Origin: a virus
Strand: one strand, 5' to 3'
Length of the DNA stretch: 64,000 nucleotides
Virus record (IMG/VR): IMGVR_UViG_3300045988_154953
Shown here one piece after another: positions 28,777-37,027 of the stretch. Numbering within the stretch: position 1 is the first letter of the stretch; each line of letters begins with the position of its first letter. Under the pieces are notes generated by a model. That model searched no databases. It saw only the letters and a list, made by a program, of their open reading frames with translations, and was not told the DNA's origin. A program made the translations under genes and the position numbers.

Positions 28777-29001
28777 ATGTATAGAAAATCAATCAAATCA
28801 TTTAACAATTTGGAACATGGAGATTTAATTATAAGTCCCATTGACAATGAAATTACACAATTTTATATTGATAAAGATGGTAATAAATATCTTGCTGGTA
28901 AAAAATCGTTATTTGATTTATTCCAATTTGATGAAAAAGATTTTTATTTTTATGATGGGAATAAACAAATAGGAGAAGTTGATAAAGATTATTTCAAATG
29001 A
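28777..29001 (+). CDS. hypothetical protein
   Basis: tiled + strand ORF behind AAGGAGA. Confidence 0.5.
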   Translation: MYRKSIKSFNNLEHGDLIISPIDNEITQFYIDKDGNKYLAGKKSLFDLFQFDEKDFYFYDGNKQIGEVDKDYFK

Positions 29002-29035
29002 AAAATTGCTTTCAATGGTAGATGGAGATGATTAT

Positions 29036-29299
29036 ATGAAAAGAATTAAAATGAAAAATAATACAACAAAATTTGTGTGGGACGGAGATAACTGTGTTGG
29101 TAAATACACAGAACTTATAGAACAGTACCATTATGATTTAGAAGAAGAAAAGATGGAACACAAAATAGAAATGGAATTAAATGGATGGAATGATTCTGGG
29201 CAGGTCAAGGAAATGGTAAGTGGTTCTTTAATGCCGGGAGCGAAAAATCCTCCCGTACATGTTTGGTTTGGAAGTTATTATAAAACAATTAGAGAGTAG
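29036..29299 (+). CDS. hypothetical protein
   Basis: ORF 28979..29299; ATG 29036 follows GGAGATG. Confidence 0.5.
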   Translation: MKRIKMKNNTTKFVWDGDNCVGKYTELIEQYHYDLEEEKMEHKIEMELNGWNDSGQVKEMVSGSLMPGAKNPPVHVWFGSYYKTIRE

Positions 29300-29501
29300 A
29301 TGAAAGATTGTTTTCATGTATTTTTTATACTTGTAATTCTATAGAACGTTATCACCATAAAATTTATGAAAAGGAGATTGATATAATATAAAGGTACAGA
29401 GAACGGAGCAACAGAATATAAGAAAAGGACATCCGATATTTGAAATTGTTGATAGATATTGCTTTTATTCTAAAAATGTATATAATGAAGCGAATTATCT
29501 C

Positions 29502-30596
29502 ATGCGACAGGAATTTATAAACAATGGAAATAAGCTTAATGCTAATGACATTCAGAAACATATGCAGGATATGGATTGCTATAAAGAATGTGGATCACAG
29601 GCAGCACAGAAAACAATTCAAATGTTGGATAAAATGTGGAAGTCATTTCTTGTGTCAATAAAGGACTATTACAAAAATCCTGCTAAATATTTGGGCAAAC
29701 CAAAAATTCCAAAGTATTTGAAAAAAGATGGGAGACAAGTGTTTTCGTTGAAGAATATTCAATGTTCATTAAAAAATGGGTTGTTTAGAATCTCTTTTAA
29801 ACCGTTCAAAGGATATACAGTGAGAACACATGCGGATGGGAAACTAATACAATGTAGATTTATACCGAAAGGTTTATATTATGTAATGGAAATCGTCTAT
29901 GAAATTGAAGTACCAAATATTTCAGAAACTTCTAACAGAGTGGCTGCTATTGATATTGGAGTTGATAATTTCATAACTATGGTAAACAACATTGGTGAGA
30001 ATCCAATAGCTGTTAAAGGTGGAATTATTAAGTCGATCAATCGGTTTTTTAATAAACAGAAAGCAAATATTCAATCAGAGTTGAAAAAAGTTAATGGGAA
30101 AGATTGGTCAAAGAAGTTACAAAAACTTACAGACAAGCGATACGAAATGATTAAATACCAAATGCATTGTATAAGTAAGTATGCAGTTGATTGGTGCGTC
30201 TTGTATGGAATTGATACATTAATTGTAGGACATAACGATGAATGGAAACAAAAGAAACAAGGTATGCAGAACTTTACTTACATTCCTTATGAACTGTTTA
30301 TTCAGATGCTTGCATATAAATGTGAAAATAACGGAATCAGGTTCGTAGAGAATGAAGAGACATATACTTCTGGAACATCATTTTTTGACAATGAAGATCC
30401 TGTAAAAGAGAATTATAATAAGGAACGCAGAGTTTATAGAGGATTATTTATTGCAGATTGTGGAAAGAAGATAAATGCAGATGTAAATGGGGCATATCAG
30501 ATATTAAAGAAGGTAATTCCTGATGCGTTTAGCAATGGAATAGAGGGTGCAGGTTCACATCCAACAATTATTAACTTGGCTATGCTGATATCGTAA
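29502..30596 (+). CDS. tnpB: TnpB-like RNA-guided endonuclease (IS200/IS605 accessory protein, clostridial Zn-finger-less type)
   Basis: RuvC triad candidates AIDIGVDNF / ENEETYTSG / NADVNGAYQI. The TnpB-like N-terminus (IKVQRTEQQNIRKGHPIFEIVDRYCFYSKNVYNEANYL) continues in frame upstream to 29382 with no ATG/GTG/TTG. Confidence 0.7.
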   Translation: MRQEFINNGNKLNANDIQKHMQDMDCYKECGSQAAQKTIQMLDKMWKSFLVSIKDYYKNPAKYLGKPKIPKYLKKDGRQVFSLKNIQCSLKNGLFRISFKPFKGYTVRTHADGKLIQCRFIPKGLYYVMEIVYEIEVPNISETSNRVAAIDIGVDNFITMVNNIGENPIAVKGGIIKSINRFFNKQKANIQSELKKVNGKDWSKKLQKLTDKRYEMIKYQMHCISKYAVDWCVLYGIDTLIVGHNDEWKQKKQGMQNFTYIPYELFIQMLAYKCENNGIRFVENEETYTSGTSFFDNEDPVKENYNKERRVYRGLFIADCGKKINADVNGAYQILKKVIPDAFSNGIEGAGSHPTIINLAMLIS

Positions 30597-30656
30597 TGTA
30601 AATGGGTTGATAAATCCCGATGAATCAGACATTTCAACAGACAATGAGGTGATGTT

Positions 30657-30881
30657 ATGACAGTACAGGATTTTATCTATAAAGGAAATGTGAGAATTAT
30701 TTCTATTCCAAAAAGAGAACTATTACCGGCGAGTATATATCCTGAGCTTATAGGTAGGATAGGGAGAGTGATTAGGATATCTGGTAATAATGTTGGTATT
30801 ATGATAGATAATAAACATAACAATTGGAGTCAATATGGCTGCTTCTGGTTTGATCCAGAATGTTTAGAATTTGTGAGGTAA
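30657..30881 (+). CDS. hypothetical protein
   Basis: tiled + strand ORF behind GAGGTGA. Confidence 0.55.
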   Translation: MTVQDFIYKGNVRIISIPKRELLPASIYPELIGRIGRVIRISGNNVGIMIDNKHNNWSQYGCFWFDPECLEFVR

Positions 30882-30886
30882 ATATA

Positions 30887-31045
30887 ATGGATAATTTCAT
30901 GAATGAACCGGAAGAAAAAGAATGGACAGCTACGGACATTGTAAGAGAATATGAACAGTACCAGGACAAGAAGGTTGTAGCTAAGATATTTTGTATTACG
31001 ATTGGAGAAGTGAATAAGATACTAAAAGATACACAAAGGGTATGA
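30887..31045 (+). CDS. small hypothetical protein
   Basis: ORF 30860..31045; ATG 30887 follows GAGGTAA. Confidence 0.45.
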   Translation: MDNFMNEPEEKEWTATDIVREYEQYQDKKVVAKIFCITIGEVNKILKDTQRV

Positions 31046-31105
31046 AAAGGTGTTAAAAGGTATATAAAGGTGTGCAAAGGTATCAAAAGTGATAAGGTGA
31101 TAACA

Positions 31106-31285
31106 ATGAACAGAGTTGTGGAGATTTTGGTGCGTAGAGATGGAATTACAGAAGCCGAGGCAAAATCAATACTCAATGATGTAAGGCAAATGTTCAAAGA
31201 ATGTAATTATGATTCAGACGAATGTGAAGATATTATGGCTTGTGAACTTGGTTTAGAATTAGATTATCTTTTGGATGTTTTATAG
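31106..31285 (+). CDS. small hypothetical protein
   Basis: ORF 31070..31285; ATG 31106 follows AAGGTGA. Confidence 0.45.
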   Translation: MNRVVEILVRRDGITEAEAKSILNDVRQMFKECNYDSDECEDIMACELGLELDYLLDVL

Positions 31286-31304
31286 AATTAATATTCCACA
31301 AATT

Positions 31305-31322
31305 AAACTAATCAATTTAATT
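31305..31322 (+). repeat. 18-nt boundary motif copy R3
   Basis: AAACTAATCAATTTAATT. Confidence 0.8.
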
Positions 31323-31339
31323 ATAAATGATTAAATGTA

Positions 31340-31367
31340 TTGAAATTTCCATAATTTATTGTATAAT
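31340..31367 (+). promoter_or_regulatory. sigmaA-type promoter of the rep cassette
   Basis: TTGAAA, 16 nt, TATAAT; 17 nt downstream of R3. Confidence 0.55.
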
Positions 31368-31401
31368 GGAAATTACTAAAATAAGAACGGGGGAAGATTG
31401 A

Positions 31402-32460
31402 ATGAATGGGTTTGATTATTATTATGGAATGGAAGCCGAACAGTTCTCATTCTATCGTGTTCCACGCCTGCTGATAAAGGATGAAAGATTTAAGAAATTG
31501 TCCAGTGACGCAAAATTATTGTATGGACTTATGCTTGATCGTATGTCACTGTCTATAAAAAATGAATGGTTTGACGATGAAAATCGTGCATATATCATTT
31601 ACACCATAGATAGCATAATGGAGGATTTGGGATGCGCTAAAGAAAAGGCTATAAAGGTATTGGCAGAGCTTGATTCTGTAAAAGGAATTGGTCTGGTAGA
31701 AAAGGTTCGCAGAGGACTTGGAAAACCGGATATAATTTATGTGAAAAATTTTGCTTCTATTACTGAGCAGATGGACGAAAAAGAGCCAGCAAATGCTGAT
31801 AAAATCACAGAAGTCAGAAAATCGAACTTCAAGAAGTCAGAAAATCGAACTTCAAGAAGTCAGAAAATCGAACTTCTGGAAGTTCGGAAATCAAACCTCA
31901 AGAAGTCGGAGAATCGAACTTCTGGAAGTTCGGAAATCAAACCTCAAGAAGTCGGAGAATCGAACCCTAATTATACTAACTATAATCAGACTTATATGAA
32001 TCAGACTAATTATAACCAGACTGAGTTGAGTTATTCCAATCCTATCAATCAATCTAGAATAACATGGCATAAAGAGGATGCGATAGATACGATGGATAAT
32101 GCACAGTCCTACATAAATTTGATTAAAGACAATATCGACTATGACCATCATATGAAATATGATGATTATGGAAAATGTGAGCTTTATGAGGAATTGTTTC
32201 AGGTGATCTGTGAGGTTGTATGTGTAAATCATAAAACCGTGAGAATTGCAGGGGAAGATTATCCGTATGAGCTTGTGAAGTCAAGATTTTTGAAACTGAA
32301 CGGTAGTCATTTGGAGTATGTGATTGATCGCATGAAGAATGTGAATGCAAAGATAAAAAACATAAAAGCATATATGATCACAGCGTTATATAATGCTCCA
32401 AATACAATGAATCATTTTTATCAGCAGGAAGTGCGGTGCGATTTATATGGAATTCCATAA
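31402..32460 (+). CDS. RepA_N-type replication initiator
   Basis: N-terminal FYRVPRLLIKDERFKKLSSDAKLLYGLMLDRMSLS...IIYTIDSIMEDLGC winged-helix pattern of Firmicute RepA_N initiators; central 23-bp iteron array inside the ORF. Confidence 0.65.
   Translation: MNGFDYYYGMEAEQFSFYRVPRLLIKDERFKKLSSDAKLLYGLMLDRMSLSIKNEWFDDENRAYIIYTIDSIMEDLGCAKEKAIKVLAELDSVKGIGLVEKVRRGLGKPDIIYVKNFASITEQMDEKEPANADKITEVRKSNFKKSENRTSRSQKIELLEVRKSNLKKSENRTSGSSEIKPQEVGESNPNYTNYNQTYMNQTNYNQTELSYSNPINQSRITWHKEDAIDTMDNAQSYINLIKDNIDYDHHMKYDDYGKCELYEELFQVICEVVCVNHKTVRIAGEDYPYELVKSRFLKLNGSHLEYVIDRMKNVNAKIKNIKAYMITALYNAPNTMNHFYQQEVRCDLYGIP
31809..31969 (+). repeat. 7 x 23-bp tandem direct repeats (putative iterons/origin) inside rep
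   Basis: units AGAAGTCAGAAAATCGAACTTCA (x3) then alternating GGAAGTTCGGAAATCAAACCTCA / AGAAGTCGGAGAATCGAACTTCT. A 23-nt period makes successive units read in all three frames. Confidence 0.85.
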
Positions 32461-32476
32461 ACTAATCAATATAATT
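32459..32476 (+). repeat. 18-nt boundary motif copy R4
   Basis: AAACTAATCAATATAATT; overlaps the rep TAA. Confidence 0.8.
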
Positions 32477-32507
32477 TAGAGGATTATAAAAAAGCGGAGG
32501 GTAAAAT

Positions 32508-33506
32508 ATGAATGGAATTACAGAATATGAGATGACGTTTCAACGAAAAATAAATAAAATTCTTGAAGAAAACAAAAATTTATATGGATTTTATGGGTTT
32601 ATGACGAATATTTCAATTTCTTCTGCATATAACTATTTAAGACATATCGAAAGATTCTTGTTGTATCTTGATGGAAAACCTTTAAACGAATTGACGATTG
32701 ATGATTTTACCGGATACATGATTAAAATCCAGAGGAAAGATAACGGAGAGAAAGTTACATCATCGTATAAAATTACTGTGTATTCAGCCTTAAAAAAATA
32801 CGGAAAATACTTAGTAGGATCACATCAGTTAGAAAGTAATCCTATGGACTTTGTAGATCGACCAAAGGCAACAGAGAGTCAAGAAACTATTTCAAAACGA
32901 GAAAATGGATATTTGACAACAGGTGAAATTAAGTCTTATATATCCGCAGTTAAACATGGGAGTGGCAATGATAAAAGTATAGCAATGCAAATGGAATGGA
33001 AAGAAAGAGATATGGCGATTATAATGATTTTCTTAAACACTGGTATAAGATGTTCAGCCCTAATGAAGCTTGATGTGAAAGATATAAATTTTCAACAGAA
33101 GACATTATCTGTTATTGACAAAGAGTCAAAATATAACGTATATAATTTATCTGATGAGATATTAAATATCATTAAAGATTGGCTAGATAAGAGGCGTTTA
33201 TTACTTTTTGGCACAGAAAATGATGCTTTGTTTATTTCTAATCGAAGAACACGTATGACACAAAACGCAATTTCTTATGTTGTCCAAAAATATGCATCCG
33301 ACATAAAAGGCAAACATATAACACCGCATAAATTAAGAGCAACATATGGTACACAGTTATACAACGCCACAAAAGATATTTATTTTGTGCAGCAGTGCTT
33401 AAAACATAATAGTCCAAAAACATCCGAATTATACATCAGAGGAAATGATAATAGCAATCAAACTGGCAAAGCTTCTGACATCATGAAGTATATAACACTA
33501 AACTAA
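32508..33506 (+). CDS. tyrosine recombinase/integrase
   Basis: SAM-like N-domain; catalytic candidates NTGIRCSAL (R), HKLRATYGT (H-x-x-R), LKHNSPKTSELYIR (H...Y). Confidence 0.75.
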   Translation: MNGITEYEMTFQRKINKILEENKNLYGFYGFMTNISISSAYNYLRHIERFLLYLDGKPLNELTIDDFTGYMIKIQRKDNGEKVTSSYKITVYSALKKYGKYLVGSHQLESNPMDFVDRPKATESQETISKRENGYLTTGEIKSYISAVKHGSGNDKSIAMQMEWKERDMAIIMIFLNTGIRCSALMKLDVKDINFQQKTLSVIDKESKYNVYNLSDEILNIIKDWLDKRRLLLFGTENDALFISNRRTRMTQNAISYVVQKYASDIKGKHITPHKLRATYGTQLYNATKDIYFVQQCLKHNSPKTSELYIRGNDNSNQTGKASDIMKYITLN

Positions 33507-33517
33507 TCATTTTAACA
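33500..33517 (+). repeat. 18-nt boundary motif copy R5
   Basis: AAACTAATCATTTTAACA; contains the integrase TAA; TTGATA-17-TATTAT follows. Confidence 0.7.
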
Positions 33518-33604
33518 TTTGAAACTTGATAAAATCCCAAATATAGTGTATTATAAAGGTAAATATCTATATAATTCATTGTTTGGATTTTTAAGGAGGG
33601 AAAT

Positions 33605-34876
33605 ATGTTAAAAGATAGGAGGACACTTGAATTATATTTAGAAAATTGTAATTTTGATATAGCCATAGATAATGAGAAATGTAAAGAAATATACGATTAT
33701 GCAAATCTAATTTATAATATTCCAAAGTCTTTAGTTTTAGATTATATGACTCAAAGAAAGTCTTTGGCTGAAGCATCTGAATTTGAATTGTTTATATTAT
33801 TAGATTCAATTCTCAAATTCACAAAAAATGAAAGTAAACTTACGACATATTTTACAGAAAAGGAGTTAAATTTTTATTCCACAGAAAAATTTCAAAACGA
33901 AAATATAAAATTTCCATTGGAATTTAAAGCTATACAAATAACAAATGATCAATGGATCGGAAAAATTAATGTTAAAACTTTAATGAAATTTCGTAAAGCG
34001 CAGCTTATCAATTACGATGCAAATACTCAACGTGTAATGACGAGGATTGTTCGTAATGAAAAAGTTGAATGGAAGATAACAACCAATAAAAAATCTGTAA
34101 ACGAAATTGCTAGAGAATATGAGAACAATACGTTTATTCCGAATACCATTACATTAAATATTCCTACAGATAGTGACGCAGACTTTTATTATGACGAAGA
34201 AACATGTACACTTATTATAAATAAACTTGAGCACTTTAATATAACAGATGGGTATCACAGATACTTAGCAGAAGCAGAAACGAGTGATAAAATTCCTGAT
34301 TTCGATTATCCGATGGAATTAAGAATCATTAATTTTACGGACGATAAAGCTAAAAGGTTTATATCCCAGGAAGAACATAAAAACCATATGAAAAAACTAG
34401 ATAGCAAATCAATGGATATGAATAATATGGCGAATATTACCGTAGAGAGATTGAATGACAATGTGAATTTTAATTTAAAAGGATTGATATCTCGAAATAG
34501 AGGAATCGTAAATTTTCCAATTCTTGCTGATTTAGTTGAGTATTTTTATTTTAAAAATACCCCTAAAAGTAAATCCAGGATAACAATGATACAAACAGTT
34601 AAGGAATTGACAGATAAAATCAATGAATTTACAGAATGTTATCCTGAATATCTTGAAAAAGAAATAGATTATAGTACAATATTATCTATGATGTTTTGTT
34701 TCAATTACTACAAAGATACAAACAAACCAAATATAAATGAAATAATCATTCGGCTTGCAGATAGAATAAGAAATACAAAAAATCCAACACTTCGTGATAA
34801 AAGATCTACTCCTAAAAAGATGAGGTTAGTTGAACAGGAATTATTAGAAGTTTTAAATGAGATGGAGGGAAAATAA
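33605..34876 (+). CDS. DGQHR/DndB-like ParB-Srx fold protein
   Basis: 423 aa; HFNITDGYHRYLAEAE core motif with the upstream Q/R-rich strand pattern typical of DndB-like proteins. Confidence 0.45.
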   Translation: MLKDRRTLELYLENCNFDIAIDNEKCKEIYDYANLIYNIPKSLVLDYMTQRKSLAEASEFELFILLDSILKFTKNESKLTTYFTEKELNFYSTEKFQNENIKFPLEFKAIQITNDQWIGKINVKTLMKFRKAQLINYDANTQRVMTRIVRNEKVEWKITTNKKSVNEIAREYENNTFIPNTITLNIPTDSDADFYYDEETCTLIINKLEHFNITDGYHRYLAEAETSDKIPDFDYPMELRIINFTDDKAKRFISQEEHKNHMKKLDSKSMDMNNMANITVERLNDNVNFNLKGLISRNRGIVNFPILADLVEYFYFKNTPKSKSRITMIQTVKELTDKINEFTECYPEYLEKEIDYSTILSMMFCFNYYKDTNKPNINEIIIRLADRIRNTKNPTLRDKRSTPKKMRLVEQELLEVLNEMEGK

Positions 34877-34877
34877 T

Positions 34878-35636
34878 ATGCATGATACAAGTTGTTTTTA
34901 TAATGAGGAGTTAAAAAATAGATTTATTAATGATAAATCAGAAGAAATTATAAGCGTAACATCCATGTATTATATGTTCAAGAAAGTTGCAAAGATAGAA
35001 ACGGAATTGAATAAAGATTTATGTGATTGGAATTATTACGAAATAATGGAGTATTATAAATTACTTAATTGTTCTTCAATACAACCATTAATCATTATAA
35101 ATGCAATATTTTCACAGTATACACAATTTTGTTTGATGAACAATATTGTAAAAGACAGCCAGAATCATTATACAGAAGTTAAAAGAGAAATATTAATCAA
35201 ATGTATCAATAAATTAATATTGGATAAAAAATGCGTGGATCGAGAACAAGTTTTAACATGGATAGATGAATTGCCGAATCCGAAAGATCAATTTATTATG
35301 CTTGGTGTATTCGAATTTGGAAAGAGAAGAAATTACTATGATATTGCAAATGCTAAACCTGAAGATGTAGATTTACGAAATTGTACATTGAAACTGGAAA
35401 ATAGAACAGTAAAAATTTCAGAAAAATTAGTAGAGATAATAAAAGATTGCATGAGTACAAATTACTACTTTTCAGTTTCTGGTTCATTCTTAAAGAGAAT
35501 GCCGTTAATTTACGATGGACACATTGTTAAAAAGTATCCAAACGAGGAAATTAAATCAACCGATTATGCAAAGGAAGAAACATTTATCAAAGTCTTACAA
35601 GAAGTTTTAAATATCTTGGTGTTGAAAAATGGATGA
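34878..35636 (+). CDS. integrase-like (SAM-like N-domain) protein without a clear catalytic set
   Basis: ORF 34857..35636; ATG 34878 follows GGAGGGA. The layout resembles the recombinase core-binding domain, but no R-H-R-Y set is seen. Confidence 0.4.
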   Translation: MHDTSCFYNEELKNRFINDKSEEIISVTSMYYMFKKVAKIETELNKDLCDWNYYEIMEYYKLLNCSSIQPLIIINAIFSQYTQFCLMNNIVKDSQNHYTEVKREILIKCINKLILDKKCVDREQVLTWIDELPNPKDQFIMLGVFEFGKRRNYYDIANAKPEDVDLRNCTLKLENRTVKISEKLVEIIKDCMSTNYYFSVSGSFLKRMPLIYDGHIVKKYPNEEIKSTDYAKEETFIKVLQEVLNILVLKNG

Positions 35637-35821
35637 ACGGAGTGGCATTGGTAAATTCTGGCAAAATATATTCGATCAATCAAAAAGCGAAAGAATTAAA
35701 TATTTCTGGTAGAGATGTAATAAATAGCGATCATATAAAAGAAATAAATAATCAATATGATTCTAATATTGAAATAAATGCGCGTACATTTATTTTACAA
35801 TATGAAGATTACCTGGCCTAA
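35633..35821 (+). CDS. small hypothetical protein
   Basis: ATGA overlap with the upstream gene. Confidence 0.45.
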   Translation: MNGVALVNSGKIYSINQKAKELNISGRDVINSDHIKEINNQYDSNIEINARTFILQYEDYLA

Positions 35822-35846
35822 CCGGCTAGGTAATTTTATAAAATTT

Positions 35847-35864
35847 AAACTAATCAGTTTAATT
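35847..35864 (+). repeat. 18-nt boundary motif copy R6
   Basis: AAACTAATCAGTTTAATT. Confidence 0.75.
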
Positions 35865-36019
35865 ATTCTATATTAATAGGAGGTGAGGATTTATGATTGC
35901 GATATGTACAAAATTTCAAAAAGAACACTTGTTCTCAGACGAATAGTATGATATACTATTACCAGAACATATGTACACCATTTAATTAAATGTAATTTTA
36001 AACAGGAGGAAACGCGATA

Positions 36020-36355
36020 ATGAAGGAACACACTTTTTCAAATGTAAATAATAGAGTTGATAGATCTGCAATTATAGAAAAGTTAGAATATATATTGAAT
36101 GCTGCAAAAAATGCTGCTGATACATTTATGATATATATTTCTAACGATAACTTTGAATGCAGAAATAATGTTGATGCAAATGATTTTGAATTAGACGAAA
36201 AAGATTTTCATTTATCATATGGATCTTATGAGTTACATATTAATTTAAACGAAACTGATATAAAATATTTAGCAGCGGAGGAAAATAATTATGAAGGAGA
36301 ATTATTTATTTTTTCGTTAGTTAAATATAATACAGAAATCAGCATGGTCTTCTAA
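36020..36355 (+). CDS. hypothetical protein
   Basis: tiled + strand ORF behind CAGGAGGA. Confidence 0.6.
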   Translation: MKEHTFSNVNNRVDRSAIIEKLEYILNAAKNAADTFMIYISNDNFECRNNVDANDFELDEKDFHLSYGSYELHINLNETDIKYLAAEENNYEGELFIFSLVKYNTEISMVF

Positions 36356-36380
36356 TATTGGAAGTCCATCGAAAATATAT

Positions 36381-36398
36381 AGACTAATCAATATAATA
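36381..36398 (+). repeat. 18-nt boundary motif copy R7
   Basis: AGACTAATCAATATAATA. Confidence 0.7.
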
Positions 36399-36516
36399 TT
36401 TATTGATTGATGATACATATACATATATGTATATGATAGTTGATATATTTTATTTTTTATTTGACGTAGCTGCTCAAATGCAGCTACGGACATAAAATAA
36501 ATCGAAAGGAAGATTA

Positions 36517-36666
36517 ATGATAAATGCAATTGTGTGGATTGTCATTGGAATTGTTATGTTCTTGTATTTATTTGCATGTTGTAAAGTTGGTTCAGATGCA
36601 GATGATTGGATGGATGAAAAATTCAATGAAGAAAATAAAAATAAAAAAGATGACACGCATTATTAA
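36517..36666 (+). CDS. small membrane protein (49 aa)
   Basis: ATG behind AAAGGAAG; MINAIVWIVIGIVMFLYLFACC TM helix; preferred over the overlapping ORF 36524..36706. Confidence 0.45.
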   Translation: MINAIVWIVIGIVMFLYLFACCKVGSDADDWMDEKFNEENKNKKDDTHY

Positions 36667-36732
36667 TAATATTAACAATGAAGATAACTTTGATACAAAA
36701 TATTAAGATTACTTAGAAGGAAAAATAATCAA

Positions 36733-36843
36733 ATGACAAATCAGGAATTTTTAGAATTATGTGTAGAAAAGGTAAAGAGTTATACAAATAAACATTTGGA
36801 TAAGACAGACATGATAGAAATTACAAATGAAGATGTGTTTATA
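36733..36843 (+). pseudogene. 5' part of a gene split by IS insertion (paralog of 57303..57608)
   Basis: ...ITNEDVFI ends exactly at the IS left end; the paralog reads ...LSNVFIVWSCKTLQNYK. Confidence 0.65.
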
Positions 36844-36922
36844 AAGAAGGCGAGAACACTCGCCACTTTAGTGGTGAGATGAATCGCCGACAAAGAGAGA
36901 ATATACATATGAGGTGATAATC

Positions 36923-36991
36923 ATGAAAGTAACGCATGGTCATGGATATGTGTATTCAATTCAATATCATATTGTTTGGTGTGTTAAAGCT
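36923..36991 (+). pseudogene. tnpA: tnpA (IS200 Y1 transposase) N-terminal stub
   Basis: MKVTHGHGYVYSIQYHIVWCVK, then loss of similarity; runs on into tnpB. Confidence 0.5.
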
Positions 36992-37027
36992 ATATTAAAA
37001 ATCAAAAACGAAAGTGAGGTGAAGACG

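Noticed and set aside
31809-31969. The 23-bp repeats as a CRISPR array or as assembly noise
   Set aside because: They are head-to-tail with no spacers, keep the rep ORF open, and match the known habit of RepA_N genes to carry their iterons internally.
31305-35864. Motif copies R3/R6 as simple attL/attR of an integrated element
   Set aside because: The same 18-mer occurs 12 times, including positions far from the integrase (2281, 2341), and between every gene of the cassette. A plain two-site att interpretation does not fit. A multi-site cassette model is kept as a hypothesis.
36465-36488. CGTAGCTGC/GCAGCTACG hairpin as a rho-independent terminator
   Set aside because: It is followed by GACATAAAATAAATCG rather than a T-run, and it sits directly upstream of an RBS. 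It is treated as a 5'-UTR structure.
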